Shown in pieces: positions 36,386 through 51,342 of a stretch of 64,000 nt of DNA. The position numbers and the translations under genes were made by a program. This DNA is from Octopus sinensis (taxonomy: Eukaryota), in assembly GCF_006345805.1 (NCBI RefSeq), contig NC_043006.1, positions 66,464,001 through 66,528,000 on the forward strand, read 5' to 3'. The notes under the pieces are model-generated. The model worked only from the letters and a program-made list of their open reading frames with translations. It was not told the origin of the DNA and searched no databases. The stretch's first letter is position 1. Each line of letters starts with the position of its first letter.

Positions 36386-36902
36386 AATATTACGCAAATT
36401 TTTAATTTAGTAAAATGTTGTTTGTTTCAAGAGCGTATATTAACTTAAAGCCTTAACACTGTGATTGTTTTGTTTGCTGATTTTTATGTAGGGAGAAAAA
36501 AAAAAGATTTCAATTTAGCTCACATTATGCTGTAGTATTTCATCACTGAAGAGACCAAAATATGTTAAAACCTCTCGGTATCTAACGATCCCTTATTGTC
36601 ATTCTGAGTGATTTGTGAGTTTTTAATACTCAGTCTTTTATTAAAAGTCTGTCGGAGACAAAATAACGCAACTGGCATCACACTAGTTTTGTATATACAC
36701 TGTATATTTTGTAGAAATCGCAACTTTAATCTAACGCTCTTTCAGGTGCCTACATACCTACATACATGTGTGTATGAGTTGTTATATATATGTGCAAATA
36801 TATATGCATACATCTATAATTATGTGGATGTATATTTATACCTGTATATGCATATATGCTTATATGCATGCGCCTGTGTCTGCGTATGAGGAACTGCTTG
36901 TA

Positions 36903-36958
<56 letters not shown>

Positions 36959-38979
36959 AAGCTGAATAGTCACTCCATCACCTCTTAGAATTTCCTGCTT
37001 TTACTTTTATACATTTTCGTCGACTAAATAAATACAACCAGGTTTGACTTATGGCGTCGTAATGAAGTTATCGGCAGCTTTGAACAAATAAATAACCTCA
37101 ACTCGTATATTTTATTCTCCTTGTCAGCACAGACCACGTATGATCATATTCCACAGCACACACACACAACCTCCACCCCCAACAAACTCGATGTCGTTTA
37201 TCAGAGTGTATTATATAATATAATATATAATAATTAAAGGCCTATACGCTACGCATGTGCACTCTTTCTCTGTAGCACTAGAAGGTTTTCAAGCATCGTT
37301 GAAAATTTGTCATTATTCCAGTATGTAAGTTTTTGTATCAAAAGGACAAAGAGAGGCAGCTATTTGATGAAATTGGGAGCGGTTCTTATTAGAGAGTGTT
37401 AAATAGCGGCCATAGAAAGTATAAAGATAAAATAGAAGAGAAATAACAGAAAATAAGAAAAAAACAGAGAAAGAAATAAAAAAGAAATAAAAGATTGTTA
37501 TAAGTTTTGTCAATCAAATGCCATATATTTTCAGCGTCTACGCTGTTTATAAATTTGTTTAATTGTTTTTAAAGCAATCATATGTACTGTTATCTGTACT
37601 GTGACGTAGAATATGAGACGTAACAGATAAAAATGTTACCATGAAGGTATCAATAAAATGTTAAACTAAGAATGTATATTATATTAATTACGAGACCTAA
37701 AAGATAAATAAAATATTATTTTAGTAGTATCAAGCATCTAAATATTACATCATAACTAAAATTAAAATAATTATATATAGTGGTGTGGATACTAACATTG
37801 ATGTGAATGGTGAATTTGATGTTTAAAAGGTAGGTGTAGATTTGAAACTGTATGGATGAATATTTTAGAGGAAGTATGGCACAGAAGTATGTATTTATCT
37901 CTCATTGATCTTAAATTAGATCCTTGCAAAGATTTGCATTTTACAAGATTTATGAGAGTTTGTCCATTCCTCAAATACAGTTGAAGACAAAATTTGACAA
38001 TCCCTCGTCAACAAAATTAAGGTATTTCACTAACACAATATATTTTCAAAAACAAACCTCCAATGAACTAAATTAAATATAAATGCAAATGTAGCAACTA
38101 AATCAAATTGTCCAATTGAGTCTTAATGTATACGAAAAACTTACTGCAGAATACTTAGCAAAAATATACACATTACTTACTTTAGCTCCTTTCAAAACGC
38201 GCTATGACTGATATGCCCACACATTTCGTAACACAACCATGCTTAATAAATGGGCTTTGAAATGTAAGCATACAATGTCAGATTTTCCTACGTTAATACT
38301 TACTTAAACTATTTCCCTCCGTACGGAGTATAAGCCATTGACGACTTTCCTCCATTATTCTTTTTGTTTTTCAGTTGTCATCGATGCTTCTGCAGCTTTG
38401 CGTCTTTCATGATAAGCAAAACCAGTTTTAACTCCGGTAAAAGGTAGTACAAAAGTCTGGTCTCTACTTTTTGACTTGCCTAGTATGGAAGGTCTGGCCA
38501 GGATATTACGCTCCACTAGCATCACTCTCGGGGTCATTGAGGCACATAAGCCACCACATTGAAACAAGGATTGGACCTTGTTGTTGTGCTATGCTAATAG
38601 AAGACCATAAAATTTATTAGCAGCAGAAAAAATGTGAAACAGTATTCCCTAATTTCTCACATTTATAAGGACAAGAACAAATTCTAAAATAGAGATATGT
38701 TACCCCAACACAGAATATTCAAATGATGCCCGCCTAGAAGAGGTACTAAACACACCAGAGTTTAATTCGTACCCACATACCTTCAGTTAATTTTCCTTTA
38801 CGCTCAACATATATACATGAAGGTCCGCTTATGTGAAGGGACTGAGTATATTTTTGACTAAATTTAAACGATTGTCAAAAAACCCCCTTGAATTTCGTTA
38901 AAATGAAAAGCGTTCTATAAAGCTAATCAAAAGGTCGATGAGAAAAAGAAGATCGCATTGTAACAACATCTGCCCAGGC

Positions 38980-39152
38980 GTTGTCGGTGGGTGTACATCC
39001 TCCTAACTTAGCAGTTCGGTGAAAGAAATCGATAGAATAAATAAGACGCTGAAAAAGAACAGTGAGTACGGGAGGTGATTTGTTAGAGTAAAAGCCTTCA
39101 AAGGGGCACCCCAGCATGGCCGCAATCCAATGACTGCAACATGTAAAAGAAA
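38980..39152 (+). mobile_element. SINE family A, 3' half
   Basis: aacttagcagttcgg...gatagaataa...gcaccccagcatggccgcaatccaatgactg. Confidence 0.68.
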
Positions 39153-39624
39153 GAAAAAAAACAAGATACTTCAGACATATACCACCCCACCCCCTAAACT
39201 TCAATCCTAAATACCCCTCGTCTATACATTTCAAAACCTATCCTCTCCATCATCTTTTCCTCGCATCCATTATTTACTCCAACGTTAGAAGAACCGATAT
39301 TTCAAAATTTAAATTTTAATTACGATAAAATATTTAAATGCTTAATAATAATAATTTTTATCTTTTAAGTCTCGTAGTTAATATAATATAATTGTTAATT
39401 AAATATTTTATTAATATCATTATGATAACAGTTCTCAAATGCTAAGCCACATATTATACAGATGATAGCACATGGATTTTTAATGGTTAAAAGGAAGAAT
39501 TCGTTAAAAGCTGAAAATGACTCAAAGTGAAAAGCATTGGCGAGAAAATTACCAACGACAATAAAGAGATAAGAATTATAACAGTTTCGACTTTCTTGCT
39601 TTCACTTCTCCAGCCCCCACTCTC

Positions 39625-39774
39625 TCTCACTCCTTCATGTTTTTCTTTCTTTCGCTAGCTCTATCCTTTTCTCTTTCTTTATTTAATTCGTCCTCTCCTT
39701 CTTTCTTTTCTCTGTTTACTTTCCTTCTTTCCTTCCTTCCTTCCTTCTTTCCTTTTTTCTTTCTTCCTTCCTTC

Positions 39775-39825
<51 letters not shown>

Positions 39826-40215
39826 TCTTTGTCTTTTGTTTGATTGTTTGTTTGTTTCTCTCTTTCTGTCATTTTTCTTTCTTTCCTTCTTTCCTTCTTT
39901 CTCCCTCTCATTCTTTCATTCTTTCTTTCATTCTTTCTCTCTCTCATTCTTTCTCTTTCTTCCTTTCTTTCATTCTTTCTTTCTTTCTCTCTGTCTGTCT
40001 GTCTGTCTCTCTTTTTCTCTATCTCCCTCTTTTTCTCTCTCTTTCTTTCTTCCTTCCTTTCTGTCTTTCTTCCTTCCTTCCTTCCTTCATTTCTTTCTTC
40101 CTTACTTTCTTTCTTCCTTTCTTTCTTTCTTTCTTTCTGTCTTTCTTTCTTTCTTTCTCCCTCTCTTTGTCTTTTCTTCGATTGTTTGTTTCTTCCGTTT
40201 GTTTGTTTCTTTTTT
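39625..40215. repeat. About 600-bp polypyrimidine compound microsatellite (TTTC/TTCC/TCTG)
   Basis: Almost purine-free plus strand; source of the RKE-rich and FLS-rich ORFs. Confidence 0.95.
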
Positions 40216-40614
40216 CTTTTTGTGTGTGTGTGTCCCTGCGTGTGTATGCGTGTGTGGTGGTCCCTCGTAGACAGTTCTGCAATTTTTTTGTGCCGGACAA
40301 CTTCCACAAATGATTTCTCCCTAGCCATCAACTGTATGTGCTCCACATTACCTCACTCCCCTCATAGAATCGACAGGTTCACGGTGTGCCACTCATCGTT
40401 CGTTTAAGTGATCACAGACCAGTATGAGGTGAAGTGTTTTGCTCAAGAGGACAGCGCACCGATTAGTCCGGTCCAGTACGGCCATGGAACCCACAATCAC
40501 GCAATCGTGAGTGCAATACTCTTACCACTAGACAGCATATGTGTGTATATATTTATGTGTGTGTATACATATATATATATATATTATACATACACACGCA
40601 CATATATACATATA

Positions 40615-41413
40615 TATGAGGAGAAGTCAAAAATAATTCGCACTTGCGCCATAAGATATATTTATTATTTCGCACTGCCTTCTGCGCATGCGTGCTTATA
40701 TTTGGTACTACACACGTGTTGTATATATATATATAAGAGAGAGAGTCAAAGATTAAACGTACTCTTATTTTTAAAAATGTGTTAACACAAATGCAGACGA
40801 TAAACAAGTACGCCATTTCTCTAGATAGTCTCCTTCGTTTTCAATGCACCTGGTCCAGCGATTCACAAGCCTGCGTATTCCCTCCAAGAAGAAGGTTTTC
40901 GGTTCATCGTGCAACTGTCTACTCTCCGCTTCCTTCATATATTCATCTGTAGGAAATCGACGACTTCGTTAACCATCTAGGCTATAGGCAGAGTGTTCCA
41001 TCACCTCAAAATCCAATTGGTTTATGGTTTCAACGGTCTGGTCGGCCGTGTGTTGGCGTGAATTGTCATGCAACAACAAAACCTTTTTCGACGATACGCT
41101 TCGGCATTTGGTGTGAATTGCTGGCTTCAGTTTGTTGGCCAGCAAAGCACTGTATCTTGCCCTGTAGATCGTACACATCTTTTCCAGAGAAATCGGTTCA
41201 CTGCTCTCTTTTCTTCTTTGGTACACATTGCTAGTGGGGGGCGGTTATGCTTACCCTGTAAAGCGAGAGAAGAAAAATGCTGCGATCATGCTCAAACTTC
41301 GATCACGTGACCACAATACTACCAACTATAACCACGCATGAGCAGAAGGCAGTGCGACAATAATAGAGATGATATGGCGAAAGTGCAAAGTATATTTTAA
41401 ACTTCCCCTCGTA
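40615..41413 (-). mobile_element. Internally deleted mariner transposon with both TIRs
   Basis: TA-(c/t)gagg termini with about 80-bp imperfect inverted ends. Minus-strand translation LKPAIH..KVLLLHDNSRQHTA..TINQLDFEVMEHSAYSLD and PKTFFLEGIRRLVNRWTRCIENEGDYLEK. Confidence 0.9.
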
Positions 41414-41837
41414 TATGTATGTATATATGTGTGCATGCATACTTTATATCTATCTCTCTCTATATATAATGTATGTATATGTATGTATATATATATATAT
41501 ATTGTTATGTGTTGTGTGTATGTATATATATATATGTATGTATTATAATATATATATATATATATATGTATGTATATATATATATATGTAGTATATATAT
41601 CTATATATATCTATGTATATATATGTAATATATATGTATATATATGTATATATATATGTATTATATGTATATATATATATGTATGTATATATATATGCAT
41701 GTATATATATATATGTATGCATATATATATGTATACATATATATGCATATATATATATATATATGTATGCATATATATATGTATATATATATATATCATA
41801 TATATATATATATATGTATATATAAATGTATATATAT

Positions 41838-42180
41838 GTGAAGGCGCATGGCTCAGTGGTTAGAGCGTCGAGCTTACGATCGTGAGTTGTGAGCTCGAAT
41901 CCCGGACCGGGCTACGTGTTGTGTTCTTGAGCAAAGCACTTTATTTCACGTTGCTCCAGTTCATTCAGCTCTGTAGAAATGAGTTGCGACGTCACTGGTA
42001 CCAAGCTGATCGACCTTTGTGTTTCCCTTGGATAACACTGGTGGCGTGGAGAGGGGAGGCTGGTATGCATGGACGACTGCTGGTCTTCCATAAACAACCT
42101 TTGCCCGGATTGTGTCTAGGAGGGTAACTTCTAGGTGCAATCCCATGGTCATTCATGACCGAAGGGGTCTTTAACCCTTT
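41838..42180 (+). mobile_element. C-group tRNA SINE with tail T1, full length
   Basis: A-box tggctcagtgg, B-box gctcgaatccc, core gttcttgagcaaagcactttatttcacgttgctccag. Confidence 0.88.
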
Positions 42181-42186
42181 ATATAT

Positions 42187-42219
<33 letters not shown>

Positions 42220-42251
42220 TATACATTATACATATATATATATAAGCATAT

Positions 42252-42307
<56 letters not shown>

Positions 42308-42938
42308 TGTATATATATACGCACATACATAATATATACACACATATGCAAATGTGCAAGCACATGTTCAGACACGCACAAACACATTCAGGATTATGTT
42401 TGTTTGAATTAAGGGTTAACTAGTGAAGTACCATTTATCATCACAACCTTCGATTTCTGGTCTCCACTCGCATACACTCGAAAAGGATTCCGCCTATTTG
42501 AAGCTTTCCAAGGTTTATCCAACAAACAGTTAAAGGCTATGAACTAAGAGTTTTTTTTTTCCTTCGATAAATACTTTTCATTTAAAAACTAATATTGTAC
42601 AAGAATACAAAAATACTCTCATAAATATTACTAATACAAATGAATTTACATAACTGATTTAATGTCGGGGGAAAAAAATTTCTCATAATTTAGATTTGTA
42701 AGAGTAGACAAAAAAAAAAGTATTAAAAAATATATTTCCTTCGCGGTGTGTTTTTAGAACACGAATCACGAAAACATTTATATTGAAATATTCACAAAGG
42801 TTTATATATATATATATATAATATATATATATACTAATATATATATAATATATATATATATATATGTGTGTGGTGTGTGTGTGTGTGTGTGTGTGTGTAC
42901 ATATTTTCATACATATATAATACATACAACATACATAC

Positions 42939-42970
<32 letters not shown>

Positions 42971-43099
42971 TCTTTTGAAATGGAACAAAGCTACCAAAAC
43001 CTTTTACTAAAAGCTCATACTTCAGATTCCACTGCTATAGATACAAATGTTAATAATTTTTCATAGATATAAATATATAAATATTTAAATGCATGAGTA

Positions 43100-43191
<92 letters not shown>

Positions 43192-43233
43192 ACACACATA
43201 CATACATACATACATACATACATACAGATCACA

Positions 43234-43267
<34 letters not shown>

Positions 43268-43642
43268 ACCATATATACTATATGTATATACTTATATATC
43301 TATGTATGTAATATATACATATACATACATATATATATGTAGAAACATATATATATGTATATTTATGTAGATATGTATGCTCTCTCTCTCTCTCTATATA
43401 TATATATGCATTCATATATATCTGCGTATATATTTTATATATATAGATGCATATTATGTAAGTATATATATTATATATATATATTATATATATATAACAT
43501 ACTACATATGGACACCACCACACCATAGATATACATATATATATGTATATATATATATGCATAAATATATATACATATATACATATATAATATATATATA
43601 TATATATATCTATATATAATATCTATATATATATATATCTAT

Positions 43643-43680
<38 letters not shown>

Positions 43681-43939
43681 ATGCATATATACACAGACAC
43701 AGACATATTGACACATACATGGCGACATACAGATGAACTGCTAAATGACGAGATGAAGAAAAATAACTATTTCTATCAATTTTCTCTCCGTGCCCTTCTC
43801 TCCTCCACTCCTTCACTCATCCTCTCTGTCCGTTTAGTTCTGCACCTCTACATCCCTCCGTCCCTCCCTCTCTCACCCTCATTCTCTTCATAGGCACACA
43901 CACACATACAAACACACAAATATAGATACGTAAAACTAC

Positions 43940-43978
<39 letters not shown>

Positions 43979-44392
43979 CATATGTCTAACAAATACAGGT
44001 AAAAGCACAGACAATGAGTAAAAAATCGAAACGAGTGTTAGAAAAACATTCAATGAATAAATAGGCAGGAGAAAAATAAGTTTGAATTCTTTATTAGTGT
44101 TCATCCTTCCGGGTCTTGTTTTGTGAAATATCGATGCAGCGGCGGTAAAGTTCTTTATTAACACAACCAATAAACTGAGTGTTTATGTGAAGATTGTTCT
44201 TCTTCTTCTTCCTCCTCTTGTATATCTGATTGCGTTACGTTGCGTTATCTTTCGTTATTCCCTTTCTGTTCTGTTGTTCAATCTTTCAATATTCTTACGC
44301 AGGATTTTCTTTTTTTCTTATGAAAATCAGATACGCACATATATTGTGTTCTAAATGTATGTATATGCTTTGATACATATATATGTGTATAT

Positions 44393-44423
<31 letters not shown>

Positions 44424-44447
44424 TATATATATCTATATATATATATA

Positions 44448-44498
<51 letters not shown>

Positions 44499-44636
44499 GT
44501 ATATATTATATTATTTATAATATGTACGTACACACACATAATATCTCATTTACATGCATGTGACCATAATATAGATTGGTTGATATATTGATGTGATTAA
44601 TATATATTGTATATATATATATATTTATATATATAG

Positions 44637-44719
<83 letters not shown>

Positions 44720-45334
44720 ATACACATATATATGATATATTTACCCAAGAGATTGTGATAAAAAGTAAGATATACATTCATTTTATAATATTACACAGAT
44801 TATCAGAACGGGCGCGTAAACAAGCATAGACACACTCACACACACACACACAAATACAGCCCAACACGTATACACATAAGTGTATAAGCATAACGTGCGT
44901 ATAAGCTTGTGTTTACGTATGTGCGAGTGAGAATAAGTCTTAAGTGTGTGTGTGTTTGTGCGAATGTATGCGTATGTGTGTGTGAGTGTGTGTGCATGCG
45001 TGTGTGTGTTCGAATATGTGTGTGTATTTGTATGTGTGGGTGTTTACGTATGTGTGTATGTGTGTGTATGCGTGCATGTATTTGTGTGCGTGCATGAGTA
45101 TGTGTTTGTGTTGTGTGGTGTGTGTGCGCGCGTGTGTGCGCGTGCGTGTGCCCAGACGTGGGTATATATTTTTGTTTGTAGACGTGTTTCCGCTTGATTT
45201 TTTTTCCTTTCCCAGTGTCTTAGAAGCATCGTGGATTCCAAGAACGCAAACATCTCTTTCCGAACGAACGCAAGGGAACACACGGAGAAGCGAACAAGAA
45301 GACTCCAACGGCCCTGATGGCGGCGTCGACGATT

Positions 45335-45568
45335 ACAATGATGATGATGGTAATGACGATGACGGTGGTGATAAAGATGATGATGACGAGGTTGGTGATG
45401 ATGATGGTGGTCACGATCATGATGATGACGATGGTATAGGTGGTGGTGGTGGTGGTGATGGTGGTGATGATGGCTGAGGTGGTGCTGGTGGTGATTGTGA
45501 AGATTACACTGCTACTGATGCCGATGATGGTATTATTGATGATGATGATGTTTATGATGATAATGACA

Positions 45569-45605
<37 letters not shown>

Positions 45606-45617
45606 CGCTGATGATGT

Positions 45618-45648
<31 letters not shown>

Positions 45649-45715
45649 AATGATGATGACGACAGCAATGATGGTGTGATGATGATGATGATGATGATGA
45701 TAACGCTGATGATGT

Positions 45716-45767
<52 letters not shown>

Positions 45768-45796
45768 AATGATGATGACGACAGCAATGATGGTGG

Positions 45797-45830
<34 letters not shown>

Positions 45831-46310
45831 GGTGGTGTTGACGAGCATGAGGGTGTCGGTGATGATGGTGCTTCTGGTGGTGGTGATGTTGATGCTGCTG
45901 ATGATAGGGAATTTTTTGATGATGATGACGATGGTGATGACGGTGGCAGTGATTAGCATGAGGCTAATGGTAGCAGGTAGCAAGTGAGATGGAAATTCAT
46001 ATAATAAAACGCTAAAAAAATGAATGATATTGAAGAAATTATCATCATCATCATCATCATCATCATTATCGACAGCAACTATTACAACGCCGACAAAACG
46101 ACCATAAGGATAGACACCAACATCAATAATAACAATAATAATATTTGCTATCTCTGCTACCACTACTACTCATAATACTTCCACTACTAATACTATTTCT
46201 GTTGCTTCTGCTGCAACTACTACTACTACTACTACTACTACTAATAATAATAATAATAATAATTATAATAATAACAACAATAATAATACTAATAATAATC
46301 CTTTCTATTA
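45335..46310. repeat. Long compound (GAT)/(GGT)/(CAT)/(TAC)/(AAT) trinucleotide region with a roughly 100-bp internal duplication
   Basis: Directly visible; ...gacgacagcaatgatggtg appears at about 45658 and 45777. Confidence 0.9.
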
Positions 46311-46324
46311 TAGACACAGAGACT

Positions 46325-46466
46325 GAACTTGTACTCAATTTATTGACCCTGAAAGGATGAAAGCCAAAGTTTACCTCGGCGTAATTTGAACTCAGTACCT
46401 CGCGACGGGCGAAATATTGCTAAGCATTTCGTCCAGCGTGCTAACGATTCTGCCAGCTCGCCGCCT
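46325..46466 (-). mobile_element. SINE family B, 5' part
   Basis: Reverse complement of ggcggcgagctggcagaatcgttagcacgctggacgaaatgcttagc...cctttcagggtcaataa. Confidence 0.8.
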
Positions 46467-46471
46467 TAGTA

Positions 46472-46520
<49 letters not shown>

Positions 46521-46553
46521 TGATAATGATAATAATAATATAATAATTATAAT

Positions 46554-47107
46554 GCGCTGATGCAGTACCAAGCAGTGGCTCCCATGGCTTCGCATCTTAA
46601 CTGGTTGGAAGTGTCATCGTGTACGTTGTTTTGTCTTGGTATAAAAGATGGGCTACAGCAAATATTCTGCTCAATACCACAGAATTGCTTGTCAGTTGTT
46701 TGACCATAATCAGTTGATCATGTCCCTTAGTGGCTGATGATATGTGCATCTCTGATCATGAGCAGAGGTAGTGGGGGAGCATCATAGCCATGTGTTGAGA
46801 GGGATTCTTTGGGATTTGAATAATTCATCTCTGGAAGCATGGGTGTTTCGTTCAACATCCTTAAACAACCTTTATTCAGGGACCTTTTGAGTGGGATGGG
46901 TTTCTCGACCAGAAGAAAATTCTAACTGGACCCCACCTGCAAGGTCATGTGCTGTTTATTTTGATATGAGATCACCATGTCGCGGACATATGGTTGTGAT
47001 GCATGTGCCTGGTGTACCCTTATCAGACGGGTAGTCATGATGGGTATACTGGGCTTCGTATATTTTACCCCAGTGTCACTTTGATGACATGCACTGCTCT
47101 CTCACTC
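46554..47107 (+). mobile_element. About 550-bp non-coding element inserted in (AAT)n (copy 2)
   Basis: (AAT)n on both sides (about 46474-46552 and 47108-47178); homologous to 4253-4766. Confidence 0.87.
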
Positions 47108-47178
<71 letters not shown>

Positions 47179-47179
<1 letters not shown>

Positions 47180-47809
47180 TTGCTGGGAAAATAGGTGAGA
47201 TGGACAAATGAAAGAAAAACTAAAAAATGTGACCGAGAGCACAATACTGGCAGCATAAGATCATGTCAAGAACGAATGTCCTAGACATGCTCAAAATCAC
47301 TACAAGTTTCGGTGACACGACCAGGTAGCGAAAGTGCTACATTGGAAATTGTGTGAAAAGTGAGAGCCAGAGAGAGACAAAGCGTGGTATGAGCACAAAC
47401 CGCAGTGAGTGGCGAAGTCAGAGACTAGCAAAATCCTCTGGGATTTCCCAATCTAAACAGATCAAGTGCTAGAGCATAACGGACCGTACGGTATGGTGGT
47501 GGGCAATTTGCACCACGTATGCTATACAGTTGATGTTGCATGCGATTTTGACCCACGAATAATGAAGAGGGAAGGCGAAAATATAGATGAATATACAACC
47601 CTGTTAAGTACGAGATAGCCTGGCTATGGAAAATGAAGAAAGTGATGGTGGTGCCAATTATTGTTGGATCCTTGGGAACAGTATCAGAAGGCATCAAGGG
47701 GAGTATAAAGGAAATTGGAATAGAGTGGCCAGTACAACTGTTACAAAAGGTCTGCCACCTGGGCATGGCCAGAATAATCAGGAAATTATTAGATAGCATA
47801 ATACCGTAA
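47179..47809 (+). pseudogene. Degenerate R4/Dong-clade RLE domain (third family)
   Basis: RHDQVAKVLHWKLCEK*..WYEHKP..KILWDFPI*TD..VDVAC..KYEIAWLWKMKKVMVVPIIVGSLG..LGMARIIRKLLD, directly after (AAT)n. Confidence 0.85.
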
Positions 47810-47869
47810 GCTCCATATATATATATATATATATATACACACAAATATATACACAAACTCACACACACA

Positions 47870-47919
<50 letters not shown>

Positions 47920-48228
47920 TGCTGAATGAATATTTGATTGGCTAAGCTTCTGAGAGAGAGAGAGAGAGAGAGAGAGAGGTGAGAGAGAGAGAGAGTTTAA
48001 GTATATGGAGTACAGCTATGTGGTTACTGTCACGTATGAATACATTTTGTGTATAATTGAGAGATCCTTTCAGGCGAATGATTTCCCGCCGATATTGCCT
48101 AGATGTGACTTCTCTGGATTCCAGGATGACTTCATATATACATACATACATACATACATACATACATACATACATACATACATACATACATACATACATA
48201 CATACATACATACATGCATTCATACATA

Positions 48229-48640
48229 TCTATATATATAAAACTGAGAATGTGTCTGTCTATCTGTCTGTGTGAATCCCTAAAATTTGAGAACTACACA
48301 ACCAATTTCATTCAAATTTTACACATGCCTTACTTAGGGTCCATGTAGTGTCATGAGCAAATGAATTTTTAACTTCTTGCCTAGGGCGAGCCTACAGCCA
48401 TATCATATCTTCTCCACTATTTTAGTATTACGTGTTAAAAGTGAAACAAAAACATCTCTCTATTGTAATGTCAGATACTTTCATTTTAATACTGAAACTA
48501 TTAAAGTCAAACTATTATATAAGAGGGATGAACCATTAACAGTGGACATCCATTTTGCTAGAAGAAGATCCGCTATGGTCTTGTATGCTACACTACTGGT
48601 TTCCAATTCATATTAATCAAATTAATATTCAATTTCTCAC
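48229..48640 (+). mobile_element. Probable Helitron 5' portion
   Basis: A|TCTATATATATAAAA...tgtctgtctatctgtctgtg start like the 18871 Helitron. No clear 3' hairpin-CTAG|T, so the right end is uncertain. Confidence 0.55.
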
Positions 48641-48876
48641 CCTTATCATTAGAAATTTAAATTTAAACCCAGCCACGCCTGCACCTATGTATGTGTGTGT
48701 ATGTGTGTATAGCTGTATATGTATACATTTATTTCTATACATATAGATGTACATGTATACATGTATATGTGTAGATGTATATATATATATAGATGTATAT
48801 GTAATATGTACACATATATATTCACATACTTACATGCATACATATATACACCCATACACACACACACACACACAGA

Positions 48877-49035
48877 GGTGCAGGTGTGGCTGTGTGGTAA
48901 CAACTTCGTTCCAAAACACATGGTCCTTAGTTCAGTCCCACAGTGTGGTGACTTGGCATGTGTGTTCTGCTATAGCCTCAGACCAACCAAAGCCTTGTCA
49001 GTGTATTCTGTTGACAGAAATTGAAAGAAATCAAT
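48877..49035 (+). mobile_element. SINE family A, 5' half
   Basis: ggtgcaggtgtggctgtgtggtaa...ttcagtcccac...ccaaagccttgt. Confidence 0.75.
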
Positions 49036-49107
49036 CGTATATATATGTATGTATATATAGGGACAGTTTCCTCTCGGCCCATTGCCGGGCGAGAGTGACC
49101 ACCCTAC

Positions 49108-49130
49108 AGATAGATAGATAGTTAGTTAGT

Positions 49131-49189
<59 letters not shown>

Positions 49190-49190
49190 T

Positions 49191-49287
<97 letters not shown>
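49108..49287. repeat. (GATA)n microsatellite. Other (TATC)n tracts lie near 14.4, 23.5, 43.1 and 62.9 kb; dozens of (TA)n, (CA)n and (TACA)n tracts occur throughout
   Basis: Directly visible. Confidence 0.95.
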
Positions 49288-50428
49288 GGATTGATACGAT
49301 AGTCGTCTCTCATTGTCAGAGAAAACGTGCTGCTTTTTCTTGCTGAACAACTTACAAAAGTCATATTGAACAAATGTTTGTGTTCACATAAGCTCACCCG
49401 TGTCATCAAATCAACTCTACTTGAACCAGTGCGCGGCGTGTCACTCATCACCTATCCAATTGATCGCAGAACATCGTGAAACGTGATGCTTTGTCAAGTA
49501 CACAACGCGCCGTCCCGGCTAGGAATTTAATCAACGATCACGTGAACGTGAGTTCTGCTCCGTAACTGCTAGAGCATGCAACTGCGCAACATATGGATGC
49601 CTGCATATATAAATACATATCATACATACACACACATACTTCCCCCCATATATATATATTAAATGTCACTGCCCTTCTTTCAAAATCCATAATATCACAG
49701 ATTCAGCCACGTATGGATGGCATTCCTATATATGGTAACATCATATAACATGAACTGGAGGTTGCTTGATTGATCTTTATTGAGGTAGTAAATGCATGCG
49801 GACTCTGCATGCGGAGAGGATTATCATTCTATGTATTTCACACGATCCGTGTACTTAAAGACATTCCCGGATACTGCTCTCATGAACGTAAATATATTAT
49901 GGTGATGTCACTTTATAAATTACGAAATGACACACACACTTAACCCAAGGTTCCTGCTGAGGAATAAACACTTCCTTTAATCTTTCTTCTATCTAAACTA
50001 CCATTAATTCTTCCCCGTTTCACACCGACAACATACCTTTCACAGTTTTGTCCCACTCTTTTACTACCGCATAATCAATTAACTGTTATTGTACCTACAG
50101 TGTCAAAGAGCATGTGTGCTTGCGGTTAGCATCTCTGAAGAGTCCTCAATACCGTCTCTTTTAATACTCACCACGAAACTGGTAGTAACATTCTGCTAAG
50201 GTATGTACCTTAACCAGTAAGATATATAGTTTGACCTATCAGAAAAGTACATATACAGACTGAGGTATATATACTTATATACATACATACATACATATAC
50301 ATATATATTAATATATATATATACATATATATACATACATATGTATATATATATATGAGTTTGTGTGTATACATAGACATATACACATATATACCTACAT
50401 TCATTCATACGTATATCTACAGCCCCTC

Positions 50429-50484
<56 letters not shown>

Positions 50485-51305
50485 AATGTGTGTGTACATT
50501 ACGTGTGTATGTACATATGTAATTATATATGTATCTACGTGGATAGGTATGTAAATGTGTTGTTCTCGCTCTCTCGAGAAACAGGACGACGAAGATAAAT
50601 GACATATCAGGAATGTGGGAGAGAAAGGGAAAATGGAGACGGTACAAAAGAGAGACACAAAGAAAGAACGAAGGAACGAAAGAAACAAAGAAAGAAAGAA
50701 AGAAAGGAAAAGAAGGAAAACAGAGGAGTTCTTAGTATTAGTGGCGGACACCCTTTTAGGCAATGTCAACTATTAATTGACCAATAAATGGACAGTGGCG
50801 AAACTATAGGTTTTAATGGAATCTTGGCTAAGTTGTGGTTGTTGTTGTTGTACGTAGTGGTGGTCGTGGTCGTATTGTGACGGTTGTTAGTGTTGTTGGT
50901 TAAGTGGGAAAATTCTATGAGGAGACACAAGCGAGAGAGAGGAATAAAAAGTCATGCACCAAAAAAGAGAGAGAAAGAGATCAAGAGAGATATACGGGAA
51001 GAGAGAGATAGTGAGAGACAGACAGTGACAGAGAGGGAGGGGGAGGGAAGGAGAAAAAGACAGTGAGAACGACAGAAAGAACGAAAGAAAAACGAGAAAA
51101 AGAAAACAAAGAGGGGAGAGTGGAAAGGCAGAGACAATGGCGGGAGGAGGGGACGAAAGGGAGCAAGGAAGGGCGGAAAGGTAAGTGGGGTGTTTACAGA
51201 ATCTTAGTGTCGTGTGTCAGTGCATACTTTTGCATACACGCATATATACATTACATGCATACATACATACACACACATACCAATTTGTATATTTATGTAT
51301 ATATG

Positions 51306-51342
<37 letters not shown>

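Noticed and set aside
39627-40407. 239-aa RKE-rich ORF and FLS-rich antisense ORFs
   Set aside because: Translations of the polypyrimidine microsatellite.
45220-46360. Poly-Met/Asp/His/Ser ORFs
   Set aside because: Trinucleotide repeat open in several frames on both strands; no splice or domain evidence.
50135-50190. CTGAAGA...GAAAC...GTA hammerhead-like string
   Set aside because: Stem II and stem I do not pair beyond 1-2 bp; at most a decayed relic.
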